This document shows, one piece after another, positions 1 through 12,225 of a stretch of 64,000 bases of DNA (within the stretch, counting starts at the first letter, position 1; each line of letters starts with the position of its first letter). The notes under the pieces are model-generated. The model saw only the letters and a list, made by a program, of their open reading frames with translations. It made no database searches and had not been told where the DNA came from. A program made the translations under genes and the position numbers. The DNA comes from Camelus dromedarius (Eukaryota): the NCBI RefSeq assembly GCF_036321535.1, contig NC_087437.1, positions 118,236,001-118,300,000 on the forward strand. Direction: 5' to 3'.

Positions 1-120
1 ATCTGGTGGTACCTGGTGAGTCCAATATGGTGACACTAAGACCTATATCTCTGGACTACAAGGAGCCTTGGAGTGGTCAAAAACTTCCATGGCTCAGCTG
101 AAGTTCACTATCCTCTGGAG

Positions 121-330
121 CCAGGCCATCCAATATGGCAGCCACCAGCCACGTGCGACTGTTGAACTCAAATTCATCAAAATTAAATAAAATGAGTAAT
201 TCCATTCTTTAGTCACTCTAACCACATTTCAAATGCTCAACAGTCACACTGCCTAGTGGCTACCAGCCACTAAATGGCTTAGTGTTCTAGAGCATTTCCA
301 TCATCACAGAAAGTTGCTTAGACAGGGCTG
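121..330 (-). mobile_element. MER3-like hAT-Charlie non-autonomous DNA transposon
   Basis: Matches recalled MER3 motifs in reverse (tccaatatggcagccaccagccacgtg ... accacatttcaaatgctcaa ... catttccatcatcacagaaagtt ... gacagggctg). Confidence 0.8.
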
Positions 331-1459
331 GGCTGGCATGTGGCCTGATGTTATGGAATCACCTTCACTTGGGATTGATTGCACCTTAATGGATACTGAA
401 GATAAATCAGATAGAAATCCTTAAAACTACAAACAGGGATTAAAATGATTTAATAAGGATTATGGAACTAAAAAAAGACATGAGTTATAGTTTGGAAAGC
501 AAAAATACAAATGAAGTAACCTTCCGTGGGGGAAGGGAATGAGTAAATTCTCCACTTAAAGATGAAACAACACATTTATACAAAGTATAAACAGAAACTA
601 GTGACACTCTTTAGACCTATATTATACTGAATTTAAAGCAAATGCATTGGTCAAGAAATAAACTAATCCACTTACAAACTAATTGGATTGTTAGGTGCAC
701 ATTACTATCAGTAGCCTGAGGTAGCACTTCCATCTAATGGTAGCAATTGCTTTTAAACAACCTTAAGATGAGTACAGTCATCTCAAATGTCCTACTTAAC
801 TCCCTTTTCTATTGTAGAAATTACGCTTTAGGTCAGCCTAATGGGGACACACACCTAATATGCATGCAGAGGACAACTGAACAGTCAAGAAGTAAAAAAG
901 TTTAAAAATGAAGCTCTGTAGGAAGAATTAAGATAAATAGACATCAGCACTGCCCTTGGAGCAGAGCCGGGCTGGTCCCCATTCATATTCCTGGTTTTGC
1001 ACTTGGGAGCTTTGGGACAGTGAGTTTGCCACTGAGCCTCCTTGCACTTCAAACGTTCCACCTGTAAACCGAATAGGGTTGTGAGAGTGCTTGACATTTC
1101 CTTCTTTTCTTAGGGAATCTGTGACCATGGCAGTGACAACATGGGAAGGAAGAGTGTAGCCAAGTCTTCCTCATCATCAGGCCTGCTCCTCTCATGCTCA
1201 GCTCAGTTGGAGGCACCAACATCTTCCCCATCACCTTCCCCAGACATCTGGGGCCCAGGCTCCAGCCTTCTGCTGACCTTGCCATTATCCTGCCCTCCTG
1301 ATTGCACCCCACAGCCTACAGGCAAAGGACCCTCCAGCAGGACCACAGCAGCCTCCCCTCTGCCACTTCTGCAAGGCACCGCCCACTGAGCTAACAGGGA
1401 CTTCCCCTAAAACATCTGCAATGGGAGGGATACTTCTGACACATCAAATCTGTTTCCCT

Positions 1460-1897
1460 CTTGACTCCCTCAAAAGGTCCTGTGACAGGGACACAAGTGA
1501 AAGTAGTCTATTTGGGAGTTGTTTTTAGGAAATCCAGAGGGAAAGTGAGACAGGAGAGGGAGGATGGCCCATGAAGGCTGAGTTATCAGGCACGTCACCA
1601 CCATGCGCAGCTATAGCTTAATCTTTGGGGCCCCCTGAGAGCCAAAGTAGAGGTGCACCTCAGTGAGCCCACCTGTGAGGCCCAGGCAGGTATCACCAAG
1701 TCCCAGCAGTCACCGGTGGGGAGCTGCCCCCAGCAGTCAGTTCCCAGGGGTAGGGGCCGTCTCCCAGGGGGAGCCCTCAGGCCGAGCACAGCGCAGCCTA
1801 GCCACCATGGCAGCTGGGAATCAGCAGCTGGGAATCAGCTGCTGACGGGAACGCTATGCACTGAGGGGTCTGGGCAGGCACCCCAGCATCTGCTCCA
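1460..1897 (-). mobile_element. ERVL solo LTR, LTR16-like
   Basis: Reverse complement starts tggagcagatgctggggtgcctgcccagacccc and has an LTR16-type 3' block (tcccaaatagactactt); old and diverged. Confidence 0.65.
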
Positions 1898-2449
1898 AAA
1901 TCAGGCGTTGTCACTTCTTCAGTGTCCTTCGGCTCCTTCTCACACCAAGAAGACAGCAGCCAGTAGGTCAGAGCAGATAGATACTTCTAGAATGAGGGGT
2001 CATGTCTCAGCTCTGAGTCTCTGATTTTGTTTCTTCAGTCAGTGATAAAAGAAAGCAAGGCTTTATGGGGTAACTGAGAGGGAAGAGAATTTTCTAAATC
2101 CCCAAATCCTTGTCCTGTATCAATGGCAAACACACTTGGAGATGTAGTGATGGACTGTGGCTATAAGACACAGTGTTGGGGACACTGAGGGTAGGACTCA
2201 GAACAGAGCTCCTGCAGCGTGGAGGAGAGGAGGGTAACACAGCAGGGACTCGGTGCGAGTGAGACTGAGGGGAAGGTGTTGCCCAGGTTCCTGAGGGAGG
2301 TCTTAACTCTGAGGGGAGGGGTGTTTGGAGATAACAGAAACTCTGTACAGGCTGACAGGAGGCTGAAATAAGAGGGATCTCCCTCCCCTGAGAGGTCACA
2401 GCAGGATGGGAATGGTGGGATGGGTGATAAGGCAGAGCAGAGTATGCCC

Positions 2450-2866
2450 TGCCCATTTTTAACTGGGCTGTTTGTTCCTTTGATGTTGAGCTGGGTCAGC
2501 TGTCTATTTATGTTGGATATTAATCCCTTATTAAACATATCATCTGCAAATATTCTCTCCCTGTCAGTTGTCATTTTGTTTTGTCAGTGGTTTCCTTTGC
2601 TGTGTAAAAGCTTTTAAGTTTAATTAGGTCCCATTTGTTTCTTTTTGCTTTATTTCCTTTACTTTGGGAGATGGATCCCAGAAGATATTGCTGTGATTCA
2701 TGTCAAAGAGTGTTCTGCCCATGCTTTCCTCTAGGAGTTTTATAGTATACAGTCTTAAATTTAGGTCTTCAATCCATTTTGAGTTTATGAACAGGATAGA
2801 GCTCAGAAATAAACCCCATGCACTTATGGTCAATTAATCTACGACAAAGGAGGCAAGAACACACAC
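2450..2866 (-). mobile_element. L1 ORF2 fragment with internal inversion (antisense 2450-2787, sense 2788-2866); no poly(A) tail
   Basis: Minus-strand translation gives ORF2 motifs (ERIFADDMFNKGLISNINRQL; INSKWIEDLNLR). Orientation flips at ccattttgagttta|tgaacaggatagagctcagaaataaac. Confidence 0.9.
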
Positions 2867-2917
2867 ATTAGCAGACATGTGACTTCAAGAGCAAGACAAG
2901 ATACTCATTAAAACAGG

Positions 2918-3130
2918 TAGCATTTATTTAGTAGCTGCAATGCACTAAGTACTGTGCTAAATGCTTTTGTACCTTAACTCACTCCATCCCTAGGAAGGAG
3001 GTATTTTCGTTCCCATCTTACAGATGAGGAAACCAAGGCACAGGAAGGTTGGTCAAAGATCATACAGTTTGCATGTCATGAAGCTGGAATCACAACCCAG
3101 GCCATGTAGCTCACAAGCCTAAGCAATTAA
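2918..3130 (-). mobile_element. MIR SINE
   Basis: Core cccatcttacagatgaggaaaccaaggcacag and B-box-side gctggaatcacaacccagg. Confidence 0.8.
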
Positions 3131-3242
3131 TTTCTAGAATATTCTACAGCTCTGCAAAGAAAGTTACCAAACAAGTGGTAATACATACCCATTTTCCTAT
3201 ATCACATATACAAGAGATCATGTCACTCACATGCTATTATCT

Positions 3243-3500
3243 GTGGAAAATGGCTGCAATTAATTTTTTAGTCCCTCTGTATGTGTCCTTTGCAATGTGG
3301 CTGCAGCTCCTCCCATGAAGAGGTGATTCTACTTCTCAAATTCTTGAATCTGGGCTTGGCCATGTGACTTGCTTTAACCAATGGAATTTGACAAATGTGA
3401 TTCAAGCAGAGATCTGAAAAGAACTTGTGCGTTGGGACTCACTGGAGACATGGGATGAACCTCCTGCAGATAAGCTAGGGAGCTCACGGGGAGATAAGAA
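3243..3500 (+). mobile_element. MaLR LTR fragment, MLT1H-like
   Basis: cctttgcaatgtggctgcagctcctcccatgaagaggtg ... cttgaatctgggcttggccatgtgacttgctttaaccaatgg. Confidence 0.7.
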
Positions 3501-3691
3501 ACGCAAGTAGAGGCTCAGCAGTCCCAACAGAAGCCCTTGGTCTGACCAGGTGCTTTGAGAATGATCTGCAATGCTCTCTGACTTTTGCTTTCTAATGCCA
3601 GGTTTTCTCATTGACTCCTTCACCAAGACTTGGTCAAGCACTCCCTATATATCTGGCATTGTTTTGGGTGGAGGACCCTGTATACATAGTA

Positions 3692-4069
3692 CAGTGAGCA
3701 GGACTGTGTCTCCCAGAAAGGTATGCTCAAGGGATAATGCTATGAAAGTGACTTTATTTGGAAATAGGGTCTATGCAGATACAATCAAAGATCCAGAGAT
3801 GCAGAGACAGACATACCAGGAGAACAGCATGTGATGACAGAGGCAGAGACTGGAGTGACATAGCCACAAACAGAGGGTTGCTGGCAACCACTAGAATCTG
3901 GGATTGAAGCCTGGAACAGATACCCCCTTAGAGCCTCCAGAAGGAACTAACTCTGCCAACACCTCAATTTCAGACTTCTGGCCTCCAGAACTGTAAGACA
4001 ATCCATTTTTCTTGTCTTAAGCCACTCAATTTGTGGTACGTTGTTACAGCAGCCTAGGGAATTAATACA
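3692..4069 (+). mobile_element. MaLR solo LTR, MLT1C-like
   Basis: atttggaaatagggtctatgcagat; cagacttctggcctccagaactgtaaga; terminus gttacagcagcctagggaattaataca. Confidence 0.9.
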
Positions 4070-5624
4070 TACATATTCTGGGAGATAAAGAAAAAGAACC
4101 TAAGGAAGAAAGAAAGATCACAAAATAAGAAACCAAAACTGAGATACAAAGATAGGAGGTGCAGTAACTTCTAGCATAAAATTGAAGGCATCATTTGGGT
4201 TACACCTGTTCTTCTTTGGGGCCAACTCTGGCTTAGCAGTCAGCTGCTTGCTTGGTTGACGACTAGTAGAGTCATCCTGTCACCCTGGGACAGCAAGGTG
4301 TTAACCCAGATCCTAAACGAGCCTTGACATCCCAAGAGATTTTGTCTTTCTTCCAGCCAAGACATGCCTGGCAGAAATTCAGGAGAAACGGGCTTCTTCA
4401 GAGGACCTGGTTAAGACACTCTCGTCCACCCTAGTGGGTGGTATTAAGGCAGACACCTGATCTGTAGCTCTTCATATGGCCTGAACCCAAACATTTATCC
4501 TAGCTAATAAGTTACCCCCAAGCAAAGAACTCAGATGCACTTGCGACATTCCTTGCAGCAGAGGGATCTACATCACAGAAGTCTGCCTGAAAGGAGTACT
4601 GGGGTGTGAGGTAGAGGATAGAACCATGTGGGAGAGAGAAGGGGGCAGGGTAAGGTAAGGAGAGAGATAAGCAGAAGAAATCACAACAGCTCTTTCCCAG
4701 CACAAGTCTTTGCCTTTTGCCCCATCCCACTTTCTGGGTGTTGAGTCTCCCTGGAATGAGAACTAACTGCCCAGGTGGACTACAGACTCAGTTCCACACT
4801 CCTCGGTCCTTCCAACTATCTCATACTCTAATTCCATCCTGTGTATCACATCTCACCTCCCACTGCTCCCCAAAATCCCATCAATCAAGACCCCCCCTAC
4901 TGTCCCCTAATTCTTCCAACATCACAGCAGCCTCATAGCCAACTCTACTCTGGGTTCCTCATGGTACCCTGGAGTCTCTGTGGGTTGGCTTACACCTTGT
5001 TGAAGACTGAATAACCAACTGAACAACCTGTCAAGTGTGTGTATCTCCTACATGCCATTCCAATCACTGATTAATGCTCACATTACTGAGAGCAGCCTGC
5101 TGGCCAGCCTGTCTTATTCTCTTCCTCTTCTAGCTGAGGAACACCAAGGGTGTGTTCCGTAGATTAATATTCCTGTAAATGGAGAACTGTGCTGCTAAGA
5201 CCCTTCTATGCTGCCTTCAGCACAGATTCAATCCTATTCTCAATTGCTGGATTGGTTGTTGGGGCTGGTGGACCCCAGAGTACTTGCTCTATGAGCCTGA
5301 GAACCAGTTGACTCTGACTCAACCATGAGTGGTCACAGTTTGCTCACGCCCTGCCCCTATCTCTGAGACAACTTCCTAGTGGCAGTCAGTACACAGCATG
5401 GGCTGGTGCCTCTGCTTTCGGCACCACCTCTCCTCTCTCCTACCCTCTGTCTCAGAATTTACAGTCCCAGACTGAAATCCAGCCCTCACCCTCAACACCT
5501 CAACAAAGGGAGGTGGTGAGAGGCAGCGTTCACCTTTTTGAACCCACTTAGGGTCAGGCACTGCAAATGATACTTCTACATCCACTGATTTCATTGGTCC
5601 TTGCCTCAATCCTGCATCCAGTAT

Positions 5625-5770
5625 TACAAGATGATTCCCATTTTTTTTAAGATAAGGAAACCAAGGCTGAGAGAGGCACCGTAACTTGCACAAAAATCCA
5701 CAGATCATATACAACAGAATTTAGGTTGCCTTCCAGCCAGCCTTGTCCCTGAGACAATGCTCTTTCCACC
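5625..5770 (-). mobile_element. MIR fragment
   Basis: cccatttt...agataaggaaaccaaggctgagagagg...taacttgc core. Confidence 0.65.
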
Positions 5771-6185
5771 AGACCATGGAGGCCTGGCTGCAGGCCACTC
5801 ACCAGTTTAAAATTGCCACTTAAGAGACACTCAAAGCCACCAGCAGCATCACTGCTTTGCCCCAGTTAGGCAGACAAGAGCCAGGGAGGTCACCACAGCT
5901 GTGACATTCTGCTCCACAGATTCTCTATGACCCCCTCCGTCCTGCTGGCCCAGTGCCTTACCTGGCTGTCCCCTGTTCCTGGAGTCACACATGACTCCCA
6001 CACAGGGTCTCTGGGGAACAGTGCACCAACTGTGTCTACACTGGTGCCTTTCTGCATCTAAGCCTGTAGTGCCTGACTGCCAAACTGCCCTCCCATCCCT
6101 TAATTCTCAGCTGGGGCTCCAGCTTAACTAGAAAAGGGTTCCCCAAGACTGCTGAGAGTCAACTCAATCACGCACCCCCAGTGAC

Positions 6186-6224
6186 TGTGTGTGTGTACAT
6201 ATAAAAGAGAGAGAGAGAGAGAGA
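6186..6224. repeat. Short compound (TG)n/(AG)n microsatellite
   Basis: Read directly from sequence. Confidence 0.85.
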
Positions 6225-6592
6225 AACTGTGGAGCTTTGGGCTGTGCTTCAAAAGGGATGGGAGGCCTTACTTTAAATCTCAAGATTCCTGGACCACAGC
6301 TTGGTATTCACCTCTTCTTCTCTTCTTTCCCTCGTGTGATACAGGAATCACTGCTGAATTTCCACCTTCCAGGCTTCACTGACTCCCTCCTATCTGTAAC
6401 CTGCCAACTCCCTATGTAGAACCAGCTGGTCTGGTATCTGAATTGAATGGAACCTAGGTGGGGGCTTGAAAATGGTTAGTGAGTGACTCTAAGTCAAGCC
6501 TTAGGCTTCATCCATACTCTTTCCAGGTAATGGTTTTTATCATCTATTACTCTGTGCAGCTTTGCTAAACCCAAGCCCACCAGCTTGGTACC

Positions 6593-6814
6593 TGCATTAG
6601 TTTCCTATTTGGTGGTATAACAAATCACCACATACTTAGTGGCTTTAAATAACAGATTTATTAGCTTATAGTTCTAGGTTAGAAGATCAAATGGGTGGAC
6701 ACAGCTATGCTCCTTCTAAAGGCTGTAGAGGAGAAACTGTTTCCTTGTCTTTGCTCCTAGAGACTGCCTGTAGTCCTTGGCTTGTGGCCCTTTCTTCCAT
6801 CTTCTCTCTCTCTC

Positions 6815-6865
<51 letters not shown>

Positions 6866-7055
6866 TCTTTCTCTCTCTCCCTCCTGCTTTCCTCTTACAA
6901 GAACCCTTGTGATTACCTTGGGCCCACGTAGATAATCTCCCCACTCAAGCTCCTTAATTTAATCCCATCTGCAAAGTCCTCACTGTCATGTAAGGCACCA
7001 TATCGATAGGCTCCAGGATTCGGACATGGACTTTGTGGGGGCTTCCACAGTGCCC
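6593..7055 (-). mobile_element. MaLR solo LTR, MLT1D-like, containing a (TC)n tract
   Basis: tgcattagtttcctatt...taacaaatcaccacatacttagtggc; ccttgtgattaccttgggccc; cccatctgcaaagtcc. Confidence 0.85.
6803..6878. repeat. (TC)n microsatellite
   Basis: Near-perfect long TC run; explains the ERER/SLSL ORFs in the track. Confidence 0.95.
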
Positions 7056-7189
7056 ATATGTGCCATGACCTGTAAAAGACCCTGCGGACTCACAGGGCAG
7101 GAGCCATATCTTCTAAAGTTTTGCATCTCACAGGACCTTGGTCCTTGATGGCCATTTGATACGTAGTTCTTGGGTAAATGAATGGACAA

Positions 7190-7527
7190 TGTGCAGACTG
7201 AATAGTGTCCCTTCAAAATTCAGATATTGAAATCATAATCCCCATTAGCTCGGAATGTCACTTTATTTAAAGATATGATCTTTATAGAAGCTATCAAGGT
7301 AAAATGAGGTCACTTGGGTGGGCTCTAATCCATTATGTCTCTGTCCTTATAAAAAGGGGAAACTTGGACACAGACACACACACACAGGGAGAAAGCCTGC
7401 AGGTCAAGGAAGCATGGAATTTACTTTTTTACACAGTCCCCAGAAGGATCCAACACCTTGAATGTCTACTGTTTAAAGTCACCCAGATTGTGGTGCTTGT
7501 TACAACAGCCCCAGTAAATGAGTGCAC
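7190..7527 (+). mobile_element. MaLR solo LTR, MLT1B/C-like
   Basis: gactgaatagtgtccctt; aaaatgaggtcacttgggtgggctctaatcca; ccttataaaaaggggaaacttggacacag. Confidence 0.85.
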
Positions 7528-8105
7528 ATAGTAAAGCTCCTAATTAGAGAGTGTCCTGGTATGCTGAAAGTAAGATTTTTTTAAAATCTAATTTGTCAGA
7601 AAGTTCTGTGCCACCAGAAATATTTTACACTAATTGTTAGTTTGGAGAGGCAGAGGAAGTGGGTGGTGGTGGCAGAGCTTAGGACATCATTTCTTGTGGC
7701 CCAGGGCGCCTGCCCCTCTTCCAGAGAGATGGTCTGGCACGAGCAGAGGATGCTACCTCTGGGGACTGCAGGCTTCTCCCTGCACAGAGCAAGGCCAGCC
7801 TGGAGGCAAACTTCGAAGGAGCTGCCAGGCCTCTCTGGTCCCTGGTAGCCCTCCTGGTCCTCCTGCTGCCTCTGTGGGACCTCCTGTGTGGTCTCCACCA
7901 CATGTCTGGCATCAGGTGTAACTCTCCCCTCAAGCCTAGAGCTCTGTGCGGGCCATCCACACCTTTATTATGTGTTGTTTATTCTCCAGGGTGCCTGTGG
8001 CCACAAGTGATAACCCCAGTTAAGAAAAACAGCCAAAAAAGTGTCCCCTGAGGAAAAAAACACTGAGGCACTGGAGAAGTGGTGGGCTAAAGGACTTGGG
8101 GGGTA

Positions 8106-8213
8106 TCAAGTCTTCGCGGTAGGATATGGCCCCTTCACGAGACCATCCTTGAAGTCTTGTAAGATGTTCAAGAAGGCATTTTCTCCAGAAGAAATTAGTT
8201 CAGTGTCATCTTG
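8106..8213 (-). CDS. Candidate terminal coding exon of an unidentified gene (QDDTELISSGENAFLNILQDFKDGLVKGPYPTAKT*)
   Basis: Moderate acceptor cctatttctAG|CAA, 35 sense codons then TGA, and two minus-strand AATAAA at 7978-7983 and 7964-7969. No homolog recognised; may be chance. Confidence 0.25.
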   Translation of the reverse strand, partial: QDDTELISSGENAFLNILQDFKDGLVKGPYPTAKT

Positions 8214-10259
8214 CTAGAAATAGGCTAAGTCTCTGTTGGAGGTCACCAATAAGACAGGTGCTGATTTGTTTTGATGTCCACGCCCAAAGCTGACCCCTCT
8301 TCCTGCGCTGCCAGTGTGTCTATTAAAGCCAGGGAAGGATCTACATCTCTGGATGCCCCTCACTTCTCATCTTACACACCAGTTGTAGAGAATTTCTTCC
8401 TGGTCAATTGTGGGGAAAGCAATTAGCTTCCCTCTACCCAGTCTAATTATGGAGTGCATCATTCAGGCAACCCCATGTAGGGGTGAATGGCAGCCCACCT
8501 CCACCCTGCTTCCCAGGCCCGTGGGGAGGCAGAAAGTGAGTGCATTCCGGTGACAGCTGGCAAGCCAGCCTCTGGGAATAAAGCATTTTAGCACTTCATA
8601 AATTTCTAACAAGGTTTCAAATTGCCGCCGTTTCCCTCCTCTCAGCTCTGTCAACTAGCGAAAGGGAGGGGGGAAAAGACTAATTAAATCTACAGTGGGA
8701 AAGTGCTACTGGTAAGATTGCTACTTATTAAGAATAATGAACTGTTAGGACCAAATTGCAAAGTAAGGTGAAATTCTCCTCATTTGCCTCAAATATAAAA
8801 AAAAATAAAATATGCCCTTCTAATTGTATATATATTGGGTATACATGGATTGTATATCAAAGAACTAAATATGTCAGAACAGAACATCTGATATATGACA
8901 TTCTTAAACCTAATGGAAGATGACAGATAATAAAGTAAAACATTGAGAGACTATGTAATAATACTAAATATCATTAAGGCTTGATATCATTTATAAAGTA
9001 GGTCATTTCAGATTCTTTTCCCATATGATTTTTGTTGCAAGAAAAATTATTGCTGGTGAGGCTTCAAATGGAGAGAAACACAGCCTTGAAAGCCTTCCTG
9101 AAATGACAATTTCCAAGTTTTGATCACCATCGCTAATTTTTAAAAATAACAACACTAAAACTTTCTTAATTCTTCTGCTCCCTGTTTTAAAAGGAAAGAT
9201 ATTCAACTGGGGATATGCAAGGCTGATGGGCAGGGAGAGCACTGGAGAGGGAAAGAGAAAGGAAAATAATTCACAAAGATGCTTCACTGTCAACAAAAAA
9301 GCGTGGTAGCAGCCTAGTGCAAGGGGTGAGTTCAGAAAAATAAAAGATAAAATTTTAAAGAACTTTACTCTGAGAAAAGCAACACACATTCCTGTTTCTA
9401 TTGGCACAAGTGAGGAACTGCAGCTGCCTTCAGCCTGTAGGTGTATCTCATACAATAACCATTCAGCCTGAGATGCGGGGCATAGAACCGGACATGTGAA
9501 TAGAACAGGGCAAAAACTAGGGCACTGACAATCCTGCCAGTAACTCGAGGTCCAGGTCCCCTGGAGCAAAGCACAAAGCAGGTACTGGACAATGAGCAGC
9601 TGCTGGACTTGGGTTACCAGTGCTCCCCACCCACCAGCCCACCAGTCTGACACCCTCTCCACAGGTCTGTTTCACCTGATGCCTGCTTTCTTTTTCAGCC
9701 TGAGAAAGTTGACCTAAAGGATGACATATATAAATAAGCTTCTGCAGCTAGGATGGGAGGAAAAAAATGCAAAGAAGATGTGCCCTATTTACGCTTGGGA
9801 AAACAAATACACCTTTATAGCTGATGCTATAGCTGACACTCAGAACAGCGACTGACCTCAGGATTGGAAATCTCACATTGGCTCCCGATTGAATTTCAGA
9901 CACAAATGATTAATTCTTGCTAATATTTGGTCCTGGGCATCCCAGCTAATTGGCGGGAAGAACTGCCAGTTCCACGGATGGAGGTCCCATGTGACATCTG
10001 GGATCTTTTGAGTGATAGAACCCACAGTCGCTCGCTATTGCCAGTTTGCCAATTATGATCCTTGATACTTTGCTTGGCACATTCTCCCTTCTCTTTCCCC
10101 TGCCCCTCCTCTTCCCTCGCAACCTCTCTCTCTCCGTGTGTTTTCACTAAGAGATTTATCACGTTTTATTTTCCCTACTTAGGCAAAGGTTTGGTGACAG
10201 GGACAAAAAGAAAAGACATAAAGAATAAAGAGTGGATAAATTGGGAATTCAAAATTTGC

Positions 10260-10425
10260 ACCTCTTGGGGAGTGATGGAAATGTTAGCTATCTTGATTGT
10301 GGTGGTGGTTTCATGACTGTATACATCTATCAAAATTCATCAAATTATACACCTGAAATATGTGTAGTTTACTGTACAGGAACCATACCAAAATAAAGGT
10401 GCTAAAACAAACAAACAAACAAGCA
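10260..10425 (+). mobile_element. Old L1M (MC/MD-type) 3' end
   Basis: gggagtgatggaaatgttagctatcttgattgtggtggtggtttcatgactgtatac...aataaag plus (AAAC)n tail. Confidence 0.85.
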
Positions 10426-11109
10426 AAGAGTGTGATGAAGAGGAAAACTACTTATAAAACACTCCAATGTTGACTAATAATGGCAAACATTAAAATCATG
10501 TTAGAAATTCATCCAGGCTTTTAACATATAGACTGTGACTTCACTAAAGAAAACAAAGTCAAGCTGGGCAGCAACTCTCACCCAGGTTACAGCCGGAGGC
10601 CACTAAAGGGGACCCATCCCCGTGGCCCATTACTTTACCAGGACACTCCCTGTGGGGGCTGCAGCATGATCCTTCTGTGCACAGCATCATAACATATATT
10701 TGTCCTGCATTTTTATGCAAATTTCCAAGTGATTTTATGGGCATTGTCTAATCTAATGCTCACCACCATTACATCCATCATGTCTTTCACCAGCAGGATC
10801 CGATCCTTCTCTCCCTGTCTCCAGGCAATTCCTCCAGGGCATAACCCGTGAGGACAAGACTAGCGACCAGCCAGTATCTGGGGCTTAGTGACTATATCTG
10901 ATCTGAGTGTATTCTCATCATACAAATTTCCACTTCCTGGTGTTTACAAGGTTCAGCTAACATCAAGTGAAGGTCTTTCCCTGGTAAATTTAGAAATCCA
11001 TCTGCTGCTGCAGCACCCACGCATTTCAATCACCAGATCTAAAAGTGTTTCAAGGTAAAAGCTTCCCAAAGAACATGCCGCTGATTATAAGAGTGAAGCC
11101 AGCGGTTAC

Positions 11110-11238
11110 CAAGCACTGAAGTCGAGCCCTGAACCTTGGGCATGACTTGGGGTACAGAGGAGCTTGTGGAGAACGAGAAAAATTGCTTTTTCTTCGGAAA
11201 GGGAGGTGGAGGTCTCTGTGGGATGTGGCTGAACATAT
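11110..11238 (-). other. Candidate 129-nt spliced exon, coding status unknown
   Basis: Acceptor tccccctttcAG|AT and donor TTG|GTAACC; length divisible by 3 with no stop inside the exon in any frame. Confidence 0.2.
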
Positions 11239-12004
11239 CTGAAAGGGGGACGTTATCAGAGGTCGTTTAACTGACATTAAATACAGCAGTGAGAGACCTC
11301 CTGCAACACCAGGGTTAAGCGTTTTAGGGCTGAAAACTTAGACCCGTCTCTAGAGGGTGGTCTCTAGAGGCTCCTGTCTGCAGTCTCCTCCAAGGCTCTG
11401 AATGGCCACGAGCAGCACCAGATGCCCCTTCCCCCAGCATCGCCCCGGAGCACAGCAGGTGAGGATGCTCAGCACTGCCCTCTCACGGAGAGAACCCTGC
11501 AGGGACCTCCCCAGGTGGCCCCACTGCAATCACCCAGGAGAGATGGTCTTGCAGCTTTGCCAGGGCATCTTGTGTTTAGACACACAGAACTCCTCCCCAA
11601 GTGAAACCAAGGAACACCCTCTACATTATACCCATTACCTTCCTAAAAATAAAACTGTTACATAACTGGTCTTCGTTATCCCCCAAGACAAGAAGAAACA
11701 TTCTTTACCCTCTATTTTTCAAAGTCTCCTCATATTTATGGAAATCTGAAAATCGAAGTTAGCCATCTCTTTTCTCTATTGGCAGTATGTTGGGACTCAC
11801 AGCTCCAGTGCCCAAGAGATCAGTAAATTCATGCACAAGCACCTCTTCCAGGTTTAGGACCCTGGGATACAGGATGGTCTTGCACCAGTTTTGAAACATG
11901 CCCATAAGAAGTCGTTATTTGAGTTTTCTCCATCAACTCAGTGTGATATCATCAGTCACTTCAGGGCGGGACACTCTCTGCATCTTCTCAGACAGATCGA
12001 GGAC

Positions 12005-12225
12005 GCAGCTCACATTCACCACCTGCAACTGGCCAGAAGCTGCTCCAAATCTTCTATGTGCACGAACTCACTGAATTCTCACAGCGGCCCCACAGGAGGC
12101 AGATGTTATTATTACCCTGACTTTCCAGATGAGAAAACAGGCACAGAACCGTTGGGTGAGTTGCCCAAGCCATACAGCTGGTAAGAAGAGGCACAGGGCC
12201 TGAAACCCTGAAATATGGGCCGCCC
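12005..12225 (-). mobile_element. MIR SINE
   Basis: ttattattaccctgactttccagatgagaaaacaggcacaga...gttgcccaagccatacagctggtaag. Confidence 0.85.

Noticed and set aside
6691..6944. ORFs with ERERER or SLSLSL runs
   Set aside because: Translation of the (TC)n microsatellite within an MLT1 LTR.
6593..7527. Head-to-head MLT1 LTR pair as a dsRNA hairpin or bidirectional promoter
   Set aside because: Different subfamilies and heavily diverged; no evidence of pairing or activity.
9003..9662. Longest ORF in the track (219 aa, hydrophobic, minus strand)
   Set aside because: Starts at GTG, has Leu/Phe bias explained by T-rich DNA, and shows no recognisable domain; consistent with a chance ORF.
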